In this document: piece after piece, positions 46,302-54,657 of the stretch
Layout: the number at the start of each line of letters is the position of its first letter
How positions within the stretch are numbered: the stretch's first letter is position 1
IMG/VR virus record: IMGVR_UViG_3300028840_002358
Location: 1 to 54,657 of that record
Origin: a virus
Lineage: Duplodnaviria > Caudoviricetes
Strand: one strand, 5' to 3'
Length of the DNA stretch: 54,657 bases
Translations under genes and position numbers: made by a program
The notes under the pieces: model-generated
The model's input: the letters and a program-made list of their open reading frames with translations, nothing else
Databases searched by the model: none
Told to the model about the DNA's origin: nothing

Positions 46302-46993
46302 TCCGCCGTCCTCAGCGCGTGCTCATAGATTGCCATATCAAAATGGTTGTACTCGGCAATCGCCTGCCGTTCCTTGTCGGTCGCTGCCCGGTGCCGCTTG
46401 CCGACCATCTTTGTCGTGTAGTCCGTGTGCTCCCATCTAAACGCCTTGGCGAATCGCTGCACGCTGGCGTCAAATGAGGCCACGAACCCAACCGCCGCCA
46501 TCGTCTGGAGGTGTAGCAAGGCCAGCCCAAAATGGTCCTCTGTCAATTGTCGCTTGATGGGCAGAGACCCGCAGTCTTTGCACCCGGCCAGCCAGCGCGT
46601 CATTCCGTTGTCCACGTCGGCAAACGCGCCGCTTGTGGCAAAGGCGACAAGTCCTCTCTGCCGGGCGAATTCGTACCATTTATGTTTCGGGAATCGCCGC
46701 ACGAACCAGTAGAGTGAAACGACTCGATCCACTGGATGGCGCAGCATCATCGCCGTCTGATAGGGCCGAGGGATTGTGCCGATCTGGACGCCCCAAGGTA
46801 GATGCCCCGTGAGACAGGTGATCCGGTTGCGCTGCTCCGCCGGTCTCTTGTGAAACTTGCGCCAGCCGCCGCCATTGCCGACGCGATGGAACCCTGCGCC
46901 ATAGTTGGCACGTAGCAGGCTCATCACCGTTGACCCCGCGCATTTCGGGATATGGAAATAGACTAGCGTAGGAGCCGCTTTTTGCTGTTCCAT
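46298..46993 (-). CDS. Sulfotransferase family 2 protein
   Basis: FHIPKCAGST, GH, LRHPVDRVVSLY, N.MTR.LAG, D.AIYE.A. Confidence 0.88.
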   Translation of the reverse strand: MEQQKAAPTLVYFHIPKCAGSTVMSLLRANYGAGFHRVGNGGGWRKFHKRPAEQRNRITCLTGHLPWGVQIGTIPRPYQTAMMLRHPVDRVVSLYWFVRRFPKHKWYEFARQRGLVAFATSGAFADVDNGMTRWLAGCKDCGSLPIKRQLTEDHFGLALLHLQTMAAVGFVASFDASVQRFAKAFRWEHTDYTTKMVGKRHRAATDKERQAIAEYNHFDMAIYEHALRTAE

Positions 46994-47547
46994 ACCAGGT
47001 CGTCGTGTTCCTTCCATTTGAAAATCAAGCCTGATCCGTGGTGGGTATGCTTGAGGTACACGTCGCGCACCCATACGCTCTTGTACCCGGCCTGCTCTGC
47101 CCTCTTGCAGTAATAGTTGTCGCTGCCATAGTGGATGAATGCCTCGTCCAGGTAGCCGATCTTGTCCACCAATTCGCGCTTGACGAGGACGCACCAGAAG
47201 GGCAGGTGATCGACCTCCTGTAAGCCGCTCTGCCCCGACCAGCCGTAGCACATCGGCTTTGTGCTCGACTTGCCCGACGGTCCAACAATGCCGAACGATG
47301 GATCGCTATAGAGCGCCCTGTGCAGCGTGTGCAACCATCCGTATTGAAACCATTCAATGTCATCGTTCAGGATCATCGCGTCGCCCTGCGCCTGTTTCCA
47401 CCCACGGTTTACTGTGTGCGAGAAACCGTCCGACTTGGCGTCGTGGACGATGATCGTCTCGGTCTCACAGCCAGCCGTCAGCGCGGCCAATCGCGCCGTA
47501 TCCGCTGCCAGGTCGGGCTGCACAGTCGGGATAATCATCGTGATCAC
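46963..47547 (-). CDS. Glycosyltransferase family 2
   Basis: IIPT, GFSHTVNRG, ILNDD, IGYLDEAFIHYGSDNYYC.RA..AG. Confidence 0.85.
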   Translation of the reverse strand: MITMIIPTVQPDLAADTARLAALTAGCETETIIVHDAKSDGFSHTVNRGWKQAQGDAMILNDDIEWFQYGWLHTLHRALYSDPSFGIVGPSGKSSTKPMCYGWSGQSGLQEVDHLPFWCVLVKRELVDKIGYLDEAFIHYGSDNYYCKRAEQAGYKSVWVRDVYLKHTHHGSGLIFKWKEHDDLVWNSKKRLLR

Positions 47548-47738
47548 TCGCCTTGTGCCTCTCTGGCAATATCAAAAATGACATTCAAAACCTCTTCATC
47601 TCCAATGTACTGAATATGAACACCCACAAAAGGTTCCTTGGCATCAAAATCAAGCACAATGCGTGTTACTTTGCCAGCATCCAGCCCCATAACTTCACAT
47701 AACTTGGTCGCGGCCTCATTAGCATTCACAACCGCCAT
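47544..47738 (-). CDS. Small hypothetical protein
   Basis: AT-rich coupled ORF. Confidence 0.5.
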   Translation of the reverse strand: MAVVNANEAATKLCEVMGLDAGKVTRIVLDFDAKEPFVGVHIQYIGDEEVLNVIFDIAREAQGE

Positions 47739-47739
47739 T

Positions 47740-48360
47740 CTACCCCCTTGCCATCCCGAACCGATGCGCCACAACCGCGCCTCCATTGAACGGCCTGCCC
47801 AGGAGCGCGATCCGTGCCGTGCTTTGTTCAAGCGCCCGCAAGAGCGCCCCTTGATCCTTGTCCTTCCAACGCATCCACTCGGACCGCCACGTCTGGAACA
47901 GCCGCTTGACTCGCACCGATTGCCCGAACCACATCGCGCCGGTGTTGAGCTGTAGCGGCTCGATCCTACACTCCCACAGCGTAGCGAATCGCTCAGGGCC
48001 GGAACAGTGCCCTAGCATCTCGGTTCCCTGGGGGATGCTGGGAACGATGACCATATCCCATCCCTGATCCAGGTAGGAAAAGCCCACTTCCAGCTTGTCA
48101 TACACCCGCGTGTCCGCGTCGAGAAACAACGTTTGCTCCCAGGGCGTCAGGATGTCCAAATTCACCTTTGCCCACCTGCCCGGCGTGCCCACATCCGGCC
48201 AGTCTATCGTCGGCGCCCAGCCGACCGGATCGCCATCCGTGATGACCCGAATCGGCCATCTTGGATGAATGCGCGCCAGAGATTCAGCGGATAGCCGCGC
48301 CTCTTGCCGCGCTTTTGCGCCATAGGCCACGTACAGCACGCCCCGGCTTATCGTCGCCAT
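47740..48360 (-). CDS. GT-A fold nucleotide-diphospho-sugar transferase (GT8-like)
   Basis: GVLYVAYG, TPW.QTLFLDADT (DxD), LNTG..WF, DQGAL.RAL. Confidence 0.82.
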   Translation of the reverse strand: MATISRGVLYVAYGAKARQEARLSAESLARIHPRWPIRVITDGDPVGWAPTIDWPDVGTPGRWAKVNLDILTPWEQTLFLDADTRVYDKLEVGFSYLDQGWDMVIVPSIPQGTEMLGHCSGPERFATLWECRIEPLQLNTGAMWFGQSVRVKRLFQTWRSEWMRWKDKDQGALLRALEQSTARIALLGRPFNGGAVVAHRFGMARG

Positions 48361-49031
48361 CGCCCCAACCATCCCGCCGGCAGGCTGCACAGCAACACCC
48401 GATGTCGGTAGAGCGCGCGCAAGAAGGCCAATTCGTCGCACTCGCTATCTTGCCGTTCGGTTTCCCACGCTGCGATCAGATCCTCAGTGTCGGGCGTCTT
48501 GCGTACCCACACCGCGCTTGATTCATAGACGGGGATCCTCAGATCGCCTATTGCCTCTCTCGTGCGTCGCTGCTCTGCCTGGTCGCCCATCTGTGAGGCC
48601 AGAAGTTCGTTGCTTCTCAGCATCGCGGCGACTTCCCAGGACGCATAACGCCCGGTGTCCTCAATGCGGGCAAAGCCCAGCGCGATTTGTTTGCGCTGTA
48701 GCGGCTGGCACTTGAGCCAGATCAACGTGCGCGGGTAGGGCAAGCGGAGCGCCCCGCTCCACTCGGTCACGTCCACCTTGAGCCCATCCAGCGCGGCTTG
48801 CGCATCTCGGATCGTGCCGTCGCGCAGATAGATGCCGCAATCATCCAGGTTCTCGGTCAGAGCACGCTGTACTTGCGCCTCTTCTGGCAACTCCGCTTGC
48901 CCGGTTTCGAGCAACTCTATCGCCCGTTGCTTGGAGACAGGCACCCAGTCCCCAGGGTGATAAGTTGTTAAAGAACCGTGCTCATTTGCGGCCATAATCA
49001 CCGTGACCGCTTTCACGTGTACTTTCGCCAT
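48348..49031 (-). CDS. Fusion: small head-protein-like N-terminal domain + partial GT-like C-terminal domain
   Basis: YHPGDWVPVSKQRAIELLETGQAE; C-terminal YESSAVWVRK..LI.AW..E....DELAFLRALY aligns with the neighbouring GT. Confidence 0.55.
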   Translation of the reverse strand: MAKVHVKAVTVIMAANEHGSLTTYHPGDWVPVSKQRAIELLETGQAELPEEAQVQRALTENLDDCGIYLRDGTIRDAQAALDGLKVDVTEWSGALRLPYPRTLIWLKCQPLQRKQIALGFARIEDTGRYASWEVAAMLRSNELLASQMGDQAEQRRTREAIGDLRIPVYESSAVWVRKTPDTEDLIAAWETERQDSECDELAFLRALYRHRVLLCSLPAGWLGRWRR

Positions 49032-49129
49032 TACAACCCTACCCCCTATGGTGGGGATGCCGGGCCGGGGGTAGAGACCCGGACACCCCCTTGAAAGCGC
49101 CTGCAAAACTGCCCCCAGGCGCGCGAAAC

Positions 49130-49570
49130 CTAATGCACGATCTCGGTGATCGTACCAGTCGGAACCGGCACGTACCGCGCCACGACGCCGATGCCGAGCA
49201 GGGCGCATTCGACTGCCCCACCGGCGATGGTCAGGACGCCGCGCACATAGTCGTAGCCCGGCGTCATCTCTTCCATTCGGCATTCCATCACGATCAGGTC
49301 GTCCCCGTCGCCTCCGGCCTGCGTCAGCTGCGTGATCGCCTTTCCGGCGATGTTGGCCGCGTTGGTGCCGAGTGCGTCGGTTGCTTCCTGGAGCACAAAA
49401 TCGACGGTAGCGCCTTGCGCCATCTCGCCAACATCCAGGAGCACGACGAATCTGTGGTGCGTATGTGCGGCGGCCCAGCCGGTGTTGTAGACCCCTATCG
49501 CGCGGTTATCCGCGTGAAGGGCCTGTACCATTTGATGGACCTCGCTGAACTCTTCGGTATAGCTTGGCAT
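49130..49570 (-). CDS. Capsid decoration/cement protein
   Basis: Directly after MCP; beta-rich with LQEATDA.GT and YVR. Confidence 0.65.
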   Translation of the reverse strand: MPSYTEEFSEVHQMVQALHADNRAIGVYNTGWAAAHTHHRFVVLLDVGEMAQGATVDFVLQEATDALGTNAANIAGKAITQLTQAGGDGDDLIVMECRMEEMTPGYDYVRGVLTIAGGAVECALLGIGVVARYVPVPTGTITEIVH

Positions 49571-49585
49571 TGTCTCATTTCCTCC

Positions 49586-50929
49586 TTAGCTCGCCACGTC
49601 GCCCAGGATCACGAACGGGCTGATCTGGAACGTCCCGTCGGCCAGCGTCAGGGGGGCGCTCAACCACGGCTGCCCGTCCACACGATGCACCGCGCGCCAG
49701 GCGGTAATATCGTATTGGAACCGATAATGCATCGAGCTGTCGATGGTCGTCGCCTGGCGGTCGCCCACCAGGTAATAGTTCCAGTCGGCCAGCAGGATGT
49801 CCCCGCTCGTGCCCAGCGTCGGGAGCTTTTCGGTGTAGTAGATCGGGAACCCGAACAGCGTCCCCGGCGCGCCCTCGCGCGCATTCGGGATAAAGATGTA
49901 GGACGGGTTAGCCGCAGGCCCGTTGAGCGCCAGAAGCTGCGGCATCGCTGCACGCGTGATATGCCAGCAGGGGGCGTCCCCGTGATGCTGCGAGAGCATA
50001 TTGAAAATATCGGCTACGCCGATAGCACCCGCAACGGCCCGGTTGACAGTGATCGTCGCTGCGGCATTCAGAACGCCCAGCGGTTGGCCCGCGCCCGTGC
50101 CCTGCAAGAAAGTGTATTCCTCTTCCCAGCGAATGGCCCCGGCGAAGCCCATTGGCGACTGCAAAAAGGCCATCAGCCCGACCGCCTCGTCTGCAAGCAA
50201 TTCGTCCGACGCCTCAGTGTAGCATACGAGCTTGTGCGCCACGAGGTTGATCTGGCGAAAGGCGGGTTGCGTCTCGTCTTTTTGCGTTGCCTCTTCGGTC
50301 CACGAGGCAACGATCCCGCCGTGCTGGCGCGTCTGGCCTGCCGTGGTGCCCGTCTGATCCAGTGTCGGCATTTGAATTTGCCGGCGCGACATCGGGATCA
50401 CGGTCGCTCGCGCGCGGATCGGGTTGTCCTCGTAGACGACGCCCAAAAGTTCGGGGCGATATTCCACAGGGACCAGGAACCCGCCGCTTGCGCCCACCGA
50501 TTCAAGCAGGTCTTTCGTCTGCGCGCCGTTCTTGAGCGTCTGCGCGCTTTTCTTGGCCAGCCAGTTGTCGCCGTCGTCGTCATCCTCGTCCTTGTACTCG
50601 CCACATCCCAGCACCTCACGCGGATCAATCGGCCCGCGATATTTTGGATCGTAGTAGCGATGCGTCCACTGTAGCCACTGCCCAGCGTTTTTGATCTGGT
50701 AGCCGGGCTGCGCGCCCTTCTTGTTCGGCTCCTCCTGGAACGCCTTGTATTCGATAGCCGCCTCTTCGATGTCTTTCAGTTCGGCGGCGCGGGCGTGCCA
50801 GTCCTTGCCCTCCAGGATCAGTTTGTCGCGACGTTCCGCGTCCTCTGCGCTGATCTCGTCCAGCTCGAGCAGACCCTTCGCCTCGGTAAAAAGGCGATTG
50901 GCCTTCTCAAGCATCTGTTTTCTGTTCAC
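49586..50929 (-). CDS. Major capsid protein, HK97 fold
   Basis: N-terminal coiled delta-like domain; GGFLVP, W.EE, S.ELLAD, GTG.GQPLG, TLFGFP, R.DG. Confidence 0.95.
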   Translation of the reverse strand: MNRKQMLEKANRLFTEAKGLLELDEISAEDAERRDKLILEGKDWHARAAELKDIEEAAIEYKAFQEEPNKKGAQPGYQIKNAGQWLQWTHRYYDPKYRGPIDPREVLGCGEYKDEDDDDGDNWLAKKSAQTLKNGAQTKDLLESVGASGGFLVPVEYRPELLGVVYEDNPIRARATVIPMSRRQIQMPTLDQTGTTAGQTRQHGGIVASWTEEATQKDETQPAFRQINLVAHKLVCYTEASDELLADEAVGLMAFLQSPMGFAGAIRWEEEYTFLQGTGAGQPLGVLNAAATITVNRAVAGAIGVADIFNMLSQHHGDAPCWHITRAAMPQLLALNGPAANPSYIFIPNAREGAPGTLFGFPIYYTEKLPTLGTSGDILLADWNYYLVGDRQATTIDSSMHYRFQYDITAWRAVHRVDGQPWLSAPLTLADGTFQISPFVILGDVAS

Positions 50930-52425
50930 GTTTCAACCTCCGATAGTTCTCGTTCAATGACCCCCATCAGTTCGTTTATGTCGGCCATCAGTTCCTCGGA
51001 GGTGGGTGCTGTCTGCGGCCCGGCCTCGGTCTCTTGGCCCGTCGCGGCCTCTGTACGAGGTGCGTCTTTCGCTTGTTCGTCCTGTTCTGGTTCGTCCTCT
51101 GTCGGCATCGTATCGCTCAAAAGCGCCTCTAGGTCGGCAAGCGCCGATTGTGCGGCGTCAATGGCCCCCTGGATGCGCCTGGCGTTGGCGGCGCTGATTG
51201 CGCGCCCGATCTTGGTCGCTATTTTGGGAGAAAACGCCATAAAGAACGCAGGGAACCCACCACCTCCACTCAGATTAATATCCATAATATCATCAGGGAT
51301 AGTGCTATTCAATTCATCCAGCGCAAGCCCTATCGCGTGCGACATTAATCGCCGCTGATCCTGATCTAAATAACCCTGCACGATCAAATCATCAGCAATA
51401 ACGGTGAAAATCCTATGGATGGAACCGGTCAAGAAGTCGCCCAATCGTTGTATCGGCCTTCCATCTGGCCCAAGCTCCTTGCTATCAACTATGCCGTCGT
51501 CAATGCCGCCCCCGCCGCCCCCATTCGGCTCATCTTTCCCCACATACCGGGGCGGATCGTCTGTCTCAGGATCAAGCGCCTGCTTTGCCGTGCGTTCGAT
51601 CCACGCCTTCCACAGCTCGGCGCGCTGGTCGAGCGTCGCATCGGCCAAGAATGCCGTCAGGTTGTCAATCGCCGTTTGCTTGTCGGTCTCTGGATCGGCT
51701 TCTTTTGTCCCTGTCGTAACGGTTGCCGGGTTGGCTCCCCAGATCACGTTGCTGTATTCCCAAAGTCTGATCTCTTTGAGCAGCCGAGTCGTGACCTTCT
51801 GACCATCGATCTCCTCCTCGACATATTCAGCCGTGATCGGATCATAACCGATAGACGTTTCTGGCAGAAAACCGCCGTCAACGAGATGAAACATATTGCG
51901 CCCGTTATCGGTTTTCATTGCATATTGGGTAACGGCCAGCAGACCCCCAGTCGCTTCTGGATATTCCTCAAGCACTTTTTGGGGCAGCTCATTGCGCCCG
52001 ATTTCTCGCATAGCACGCGGTTTGCCCACTACGCGCAAGGCGCTATCGGCCATGTGCTGATCAAGTGTACGAATCTTGCCGAATCGCTCGGCAATGGTTT
52101 TTGTATATGCGCCGGGCATCACCCGATCCCCCTGCATATCCCGAATGCCGAATACACTGACCACGTGCTCAACGATGCCCTCTTTTTCATCTACTGCCTT
52201 GATAAACGTCGGGATCGTCTTGCGTTCAAAGTTGGGCAAGTCTCTGTAATCGCTTGCGTTCTTGCTCATTGGTTCCTCCGCCCCCTGTTCGTCGCGGTTT
52301 TCCCACATCGAATAGCACACGGCGGTCGCCTGCTCGCTGTCCTCTGCCGTGCTGTCCTCAAGAACGATAGGGATGCAGCGCGCTATGAACTCGTCTTGTG
52401 TCTCGTCTGCTCTAGGTGTTGGCAT
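50926..52425 (-). CDS. HK97-family prohead protease with N- and C-terminal extensions
   Basis: FGIRDMQGDRVMPGAY, DQH, VGK, SIGY, LKEIRLWEYS.V.WGANP. Confidence 0.9.
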   Translation of the reverse strand: MPTPRADETQDEFIARCIPIVLEDSTAEDSEQATAVCYSMWENRDEQGAEEPMSKNASDYRDLPNFERKTIPTFIKAVDEKEGIVEHVVSVFGIRDMQGDRVMPGAYTKTIAERFGKIRTLDQHMADSALRVVGKPRAMREIGRNELPQKVLEEYPEATGGLLAVTQYAMKTDNGRNMFHLVDGGFLPETSIGYDPITAEYVEEEIDGQKVTTRLLKEIRLWEYSNVIWGANPATVTTGTKEADPETDKQTAIDNLTAFLADATLDQRAELWKAWIERTAKQALDPETDDPPRYVGKDEPNGGGGGGIDDGIVDSKELGPDGRPIQRLGDFLTGSIHRIFTVIADDLIVQGYLDQDQRRLMSHAIGLALDELNSTIPDDIMDINLSGGGGFPAFFMAFSPKIATKIGRAISAANARRIQGAIDAAQSALADLEALLSDTMPTEDEPEQDEQAKDAPRTEAATGQETEAGPQTAPTSEELMADINELMGVIERELSEVET

Positions 52426-52678
52426 CTCTAATCCGCTTTGCCATCAAACGCATACAGTCACGCCTTAAGTGCTCAAGGCTGAATATCTCCTCAGTCATGT
52501 TGTCTCGAAGGATGATATAAGAAGCCCAATCTGACGCCACAAGCACAGGCACGGACATTCCCGTAACCTCAACGACAGGAATTCCAAAAATACTGGCTAT
52601 TGGTTTTTGTTCTCCGACAGTGCATTCGATAAAAGGCGGCAATCCGTCTGCCTCAAAATGCGGATCGATTAGTGTCAT
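52412..52678 (-). CDS. Hypothetical protein
   Basis: AT-rich ORF with AGGA RBS. Confidence 0.45.
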   Translation of the reverse strand: MTLIDPHFEADGLPPFIECTVGEQKPIASIFGIPVVEVTGMSVPVLVASDWASYIILRDNMTEEIFSLEHLRRDCMRLMAKRIRDANT

Positions 52679-52691
52679 ATTCCTATCCTGC

Positions 52692-53027
52692 TCAGTCGTA
52701 CCTCATCCAATCTGCCACTCGATTCTCTTGCGCCCCTGTCAAAGCGGGCACCTTATACTCTGTCGGCCCCACCTTGGCGTGCTGCTGCCGCCTGTCTGCA
52801 CAGCGCAGGCACAGGATCGAACCGGTGCCCTCTTCGATCCAACTCTGGTCGCCTGCTTCCAACGTCTCTCCGCAAACGACACAGTGCACGGTCAGGCCGA
52901 ACGGAACAATGTAGGTCTCTCCCTTTCCCATCGCCCCCTCCTTGATCTGTCTAATTCGAGCGCGAATCTCTGCCGTCGTGATCTGTGGGAATGCCGGTTT
53001 CAGCAGAGCACGGATAAAGCGGTTCAT
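52692..53027 (-). CDS. Zinc-finger hypothetical protein
   Basis: CVVC...CLRC. Confidence 0.55.
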   Translation of the reverse strand: MNRFIRALLKPAFPQITTAEIRARIRQIKEGAMGKGETYIVPFGLTVHCVVCGETLEAGDQSWIEEGTGSILCLRCADRRQQHAKVGPTEYKVPALTGAQENRVADWMRYD

Positions 53028-53872
53028 TCAATGTCCTCAATCACAGGTGCCGTTACACAACGACACGAAACTATTTCCGACGCCGGTGCCCCCAGGCTCC
53101 CATCAAGCGGATGGAGCATCGGATAGCCGCCGACCTCGAACGGCTGGCCGATCACCCGTACTTGTCCATCAGCCGCCGCGTGTGTGGGCCTCGTGCGCGC
53201 ATCGTTCGTTGCAACCCACTCGTGCCGGTCTGCCCCATAGGCGCGGAACAGGAGCGGGCTCGCAAAGGAACTCGAATGCATGCTTTCCGTTCTCGATATC
53301 ATCTCTACTCGATACCTCGGACTTCGATTGACGAACCATTGCCGCTCGTCATCGGTCAGCGTCTCGTCTCGTAGGTAGACATCCCACAGACGATCAATGC
53401 CGTTATTCAGGCGCTCGATGGTCCAGCCCTCCTCGCGTGCCGTCTTGAGGAGGGCGAATAGATCGCTCTCTGTCGTCTCAAGGATCGGCTCGCTGAAAGT
53501 CATCTCGTAAGCCTGAAACTCGAGCGCCGCATTTTCTAGCCAGTTTTGGACGTTGAACTGTATGCCTAGTTCAGTAGTCCAGACGTCGTTCACGTCCCTG
53601 GCCGTGCCGATGATCAGCGGGTGGAACAGCTCGCGCCAATTGGCGGGCGCTTCGTTGGCAAAGTAGTCGGCCCAGTCGCGCTCGATCAACTCCCAGTCTA
53701 CCGACTGCTTACGCTGTAGAAAGAGAGCCTTGGCCGCGTTGACCCTGGCCCGGATAGCCCGGTGATCGCGCTCTAGTGCATCCTCGCTGGCATTGGCATA
53801 GTCGCCTTCGGTCGCCTCGGCTGCTTTGTCGAGGATGCGCGCGACCCTCTCTTTTTGTTCAGTTGTTAAGGC
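53024..53872 (-). CDS. MuF / SPP1 gp7-like minor head protein (probably translated as a portal fusion)
   Basis: I.RTE, W.AT.D.RTR.TH...DG, F.VGG, HP.D......E...CRC; frame open for 61 codons upstream of the first TTG, back to the A9 run ending the portal. Confidence 0.85.
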   Translation of the reverse strand, partial: ALTTEQKERVARILDKAAEATEGDYANASEDALERDHRAIRARVNAAKALFLQRKQSVDWELIERDWADYFANEAPANWRELFHPLIIGTARDVNDVWTTELGIQFNVQNWLENAALEFQAYEMTFSEPILETTESDLFALLKTAREEGWTIERLNNGIDRLWDVYLRDETLTDDERQWFVNRSPRYRVEMISRTESMHSSSFASPLLFRAYGADRHEWVATNDARTRPTHAAADGQVRVIGQPFEVGGYPMLHPLDGSLGAPASEIVSCRCVTAPVIEDIE

Positions 53873-54657
53873 TTTTTTTTTACAGTCACGGACGGTAACA
53901 GTTTGCGACCCTCGTCTGTCGCCTGGGCACCGCCGTCCTCAGTCTGCTCAATCACGCGCCCCTGACCCAGGGCGGCGACGGCCGGAACCTCGATCATCAT
54001 AGGGGAGAGGACGAATACGTCATCCTCCCCAGGCCCCAGGGCAGGCAAGCCCATCGTGCGCCTGTACTCACCCCTGGTCACACCGCCCGATTTGAATCCC
54101 TCAAGCATCCGGTCTTGTTCCGCCTGGCGCTGTGCCTGGAAAGCAGGAACCTCGGCATAGTCGAACGCGACGAACTTATCGCCGTCGTTGAGGTAGTATT
54201 GATAGTCCACCTCGAACAGGGCGTTTTCGGGGACCATCGTATCTTCCCAAAACGCCTGTCGCGCCTCCCGATAGTTGGCATAGGTCGCTCGGTCCAGCCC
54301 GACGCGGGCGCCGACCAAGATCGGAGGGACGCCGAACGGCCCCAAGATGCGCGTCTCGTTGCGTGCGTCCTGCTGCTGAAAGCCCATCTCATCGAATGTG
54401 AGCCCGATGCGCTGATAGGTCGTGCCCTGTTCGAGCACGCCGATCTCTTCGCTCCATCGGTAGTACCCGCCGTACATCTCTTTCCAATTCTCTTTGACGC
54501 GGGCAATCGTATCGTCAGAAAGCGGCTTGTCGCTGGACAGCACACCCGGCAGCATCACACCGTGGTCAAAGAACAGCTTGAGAAAGTGCGTGATCGAGTT
54601 GTCCACGTCGGCGGATCGAGCCATCGGGCTGATGGGCGAGAGCCCATAGCCCATCCC
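53866..54657 (-). CDS. Phage portal protein, C-terminal part
   Basis: GYGLSPI, FF..G..PG, FGVPPILVG, G.VT..E.R..MGL. Confidence 0.92.
   Translation of the reverse strand, partial: GMGYGLSPISPMARSADVDNSITHFLKLFFDHGVMLPGVLSSDKPLSDDTIARVKENWKEMYGGYYRWSEEIGVLEQGTTYQRIGLTFDEMGFQQQDARNETRILGPFGVPPILVGARVGLDRATYANYREARQAFWEDTMVPENALFEVDYQYYLNDGDKFVAFDYAEVPAFQAQRQAEQDRMLEGFKSGGVTRGEYRRTMGLPALGPGEDDVFVLSPMMIEVPAVAALGQGRVIEQTEDGGAQATDEGRKLLPSVTVKKKP

Noticed and set aside
38025-49031. Host LPS/EPS locus joined by misassembly or prophage flank
   Set aside because: Genes are co-oriented and stop/start-coupled with phage head genes on both sides within a closed circle; no flippase, polymerase or export genes
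49091-50674. 527-aa plus-strand ORF (and similar long ORFs at 51415-52431, 41518-42486, 32713-33579, 17252-18743)
   Set aside because: Antisense shadows of well-supported genes in GC-rich DNA; no motifs or RBS
54514-54657. 144-bp terminal direct repeat as a biological DTR or att site
   Set aside because: It falls mid-portal and the gene reads through the join; typical assembler circular overlap
1-54657. CRISPR or other guide-RNA array, DGR or retron
   Set aside because: No regularly spaced repeat-spacer array, no reverse transcriptase and no TR/VR pair seen; the GACAAGGAGA repeats are dispersed and tied to start codons
1-54657. Alternative genetic code
   Set aside because: Core genes are full length under the standard code and end in TAA, TAG and TGA

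Overview
The window is a complete, circularly assembled tailed-phage genome of about 54,513 bp. Bases 1-144 repeat 54514-54657, and the join falls inside the portal gene. The gene layout is siphovirus-like with an HK97-type head. The host is probably a Chloroflexota/Anaerolineae bacterium (inference only). Two arms diverge from back-to-back sigma70-type promoters at 5947-6058 and converge on a terminator at about 25730. The + arm (6.1-25.6 kb) holds early, replication and DNA-modification genes: C5 and N6 methyltransferases, DUF5131, radical SAM, IbrAB-like pair, initiator/DnaB/primase, an ADP-ribosyltransferase-like protein and membrane proteins. The - arm holds packaging, head, tail and lysis genes. 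I recognised no integrase, CI repressor, reverse transcriptase or CRISPR array. Four observations stand out. (1) The perfect-consensus leftward promoter starts an RNA folded as hairpin / single-stranded AUGUUCUCCUUGUCG / hairpin. This is the exact antisense of an extended ribosome-binding motif (GACAAGGAGA[ACA]) found before at least 9 early genes, suggesting an RNA-based master repressor. (2) An ~11 kb glycosylation/sulfation cluster (6-7 glycosyltransferases, 3 sulfotransferase-like genes, sugar aminotransferase, dehydrogenase, methyltransferase) sits within the head genes, after the capsid and decoration genes and upstream of the head-tail connector, suggesting a sulfated glycan coat on the virion. 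(3) A likely programmed frameshift fuses the portal to the MuF protein. (4) An orphan 13-nt perfect complement of the 16S rRNA 3' end lies just before the convergent terminator. All protein calls come from motif recognition by eye; no database searches were run.
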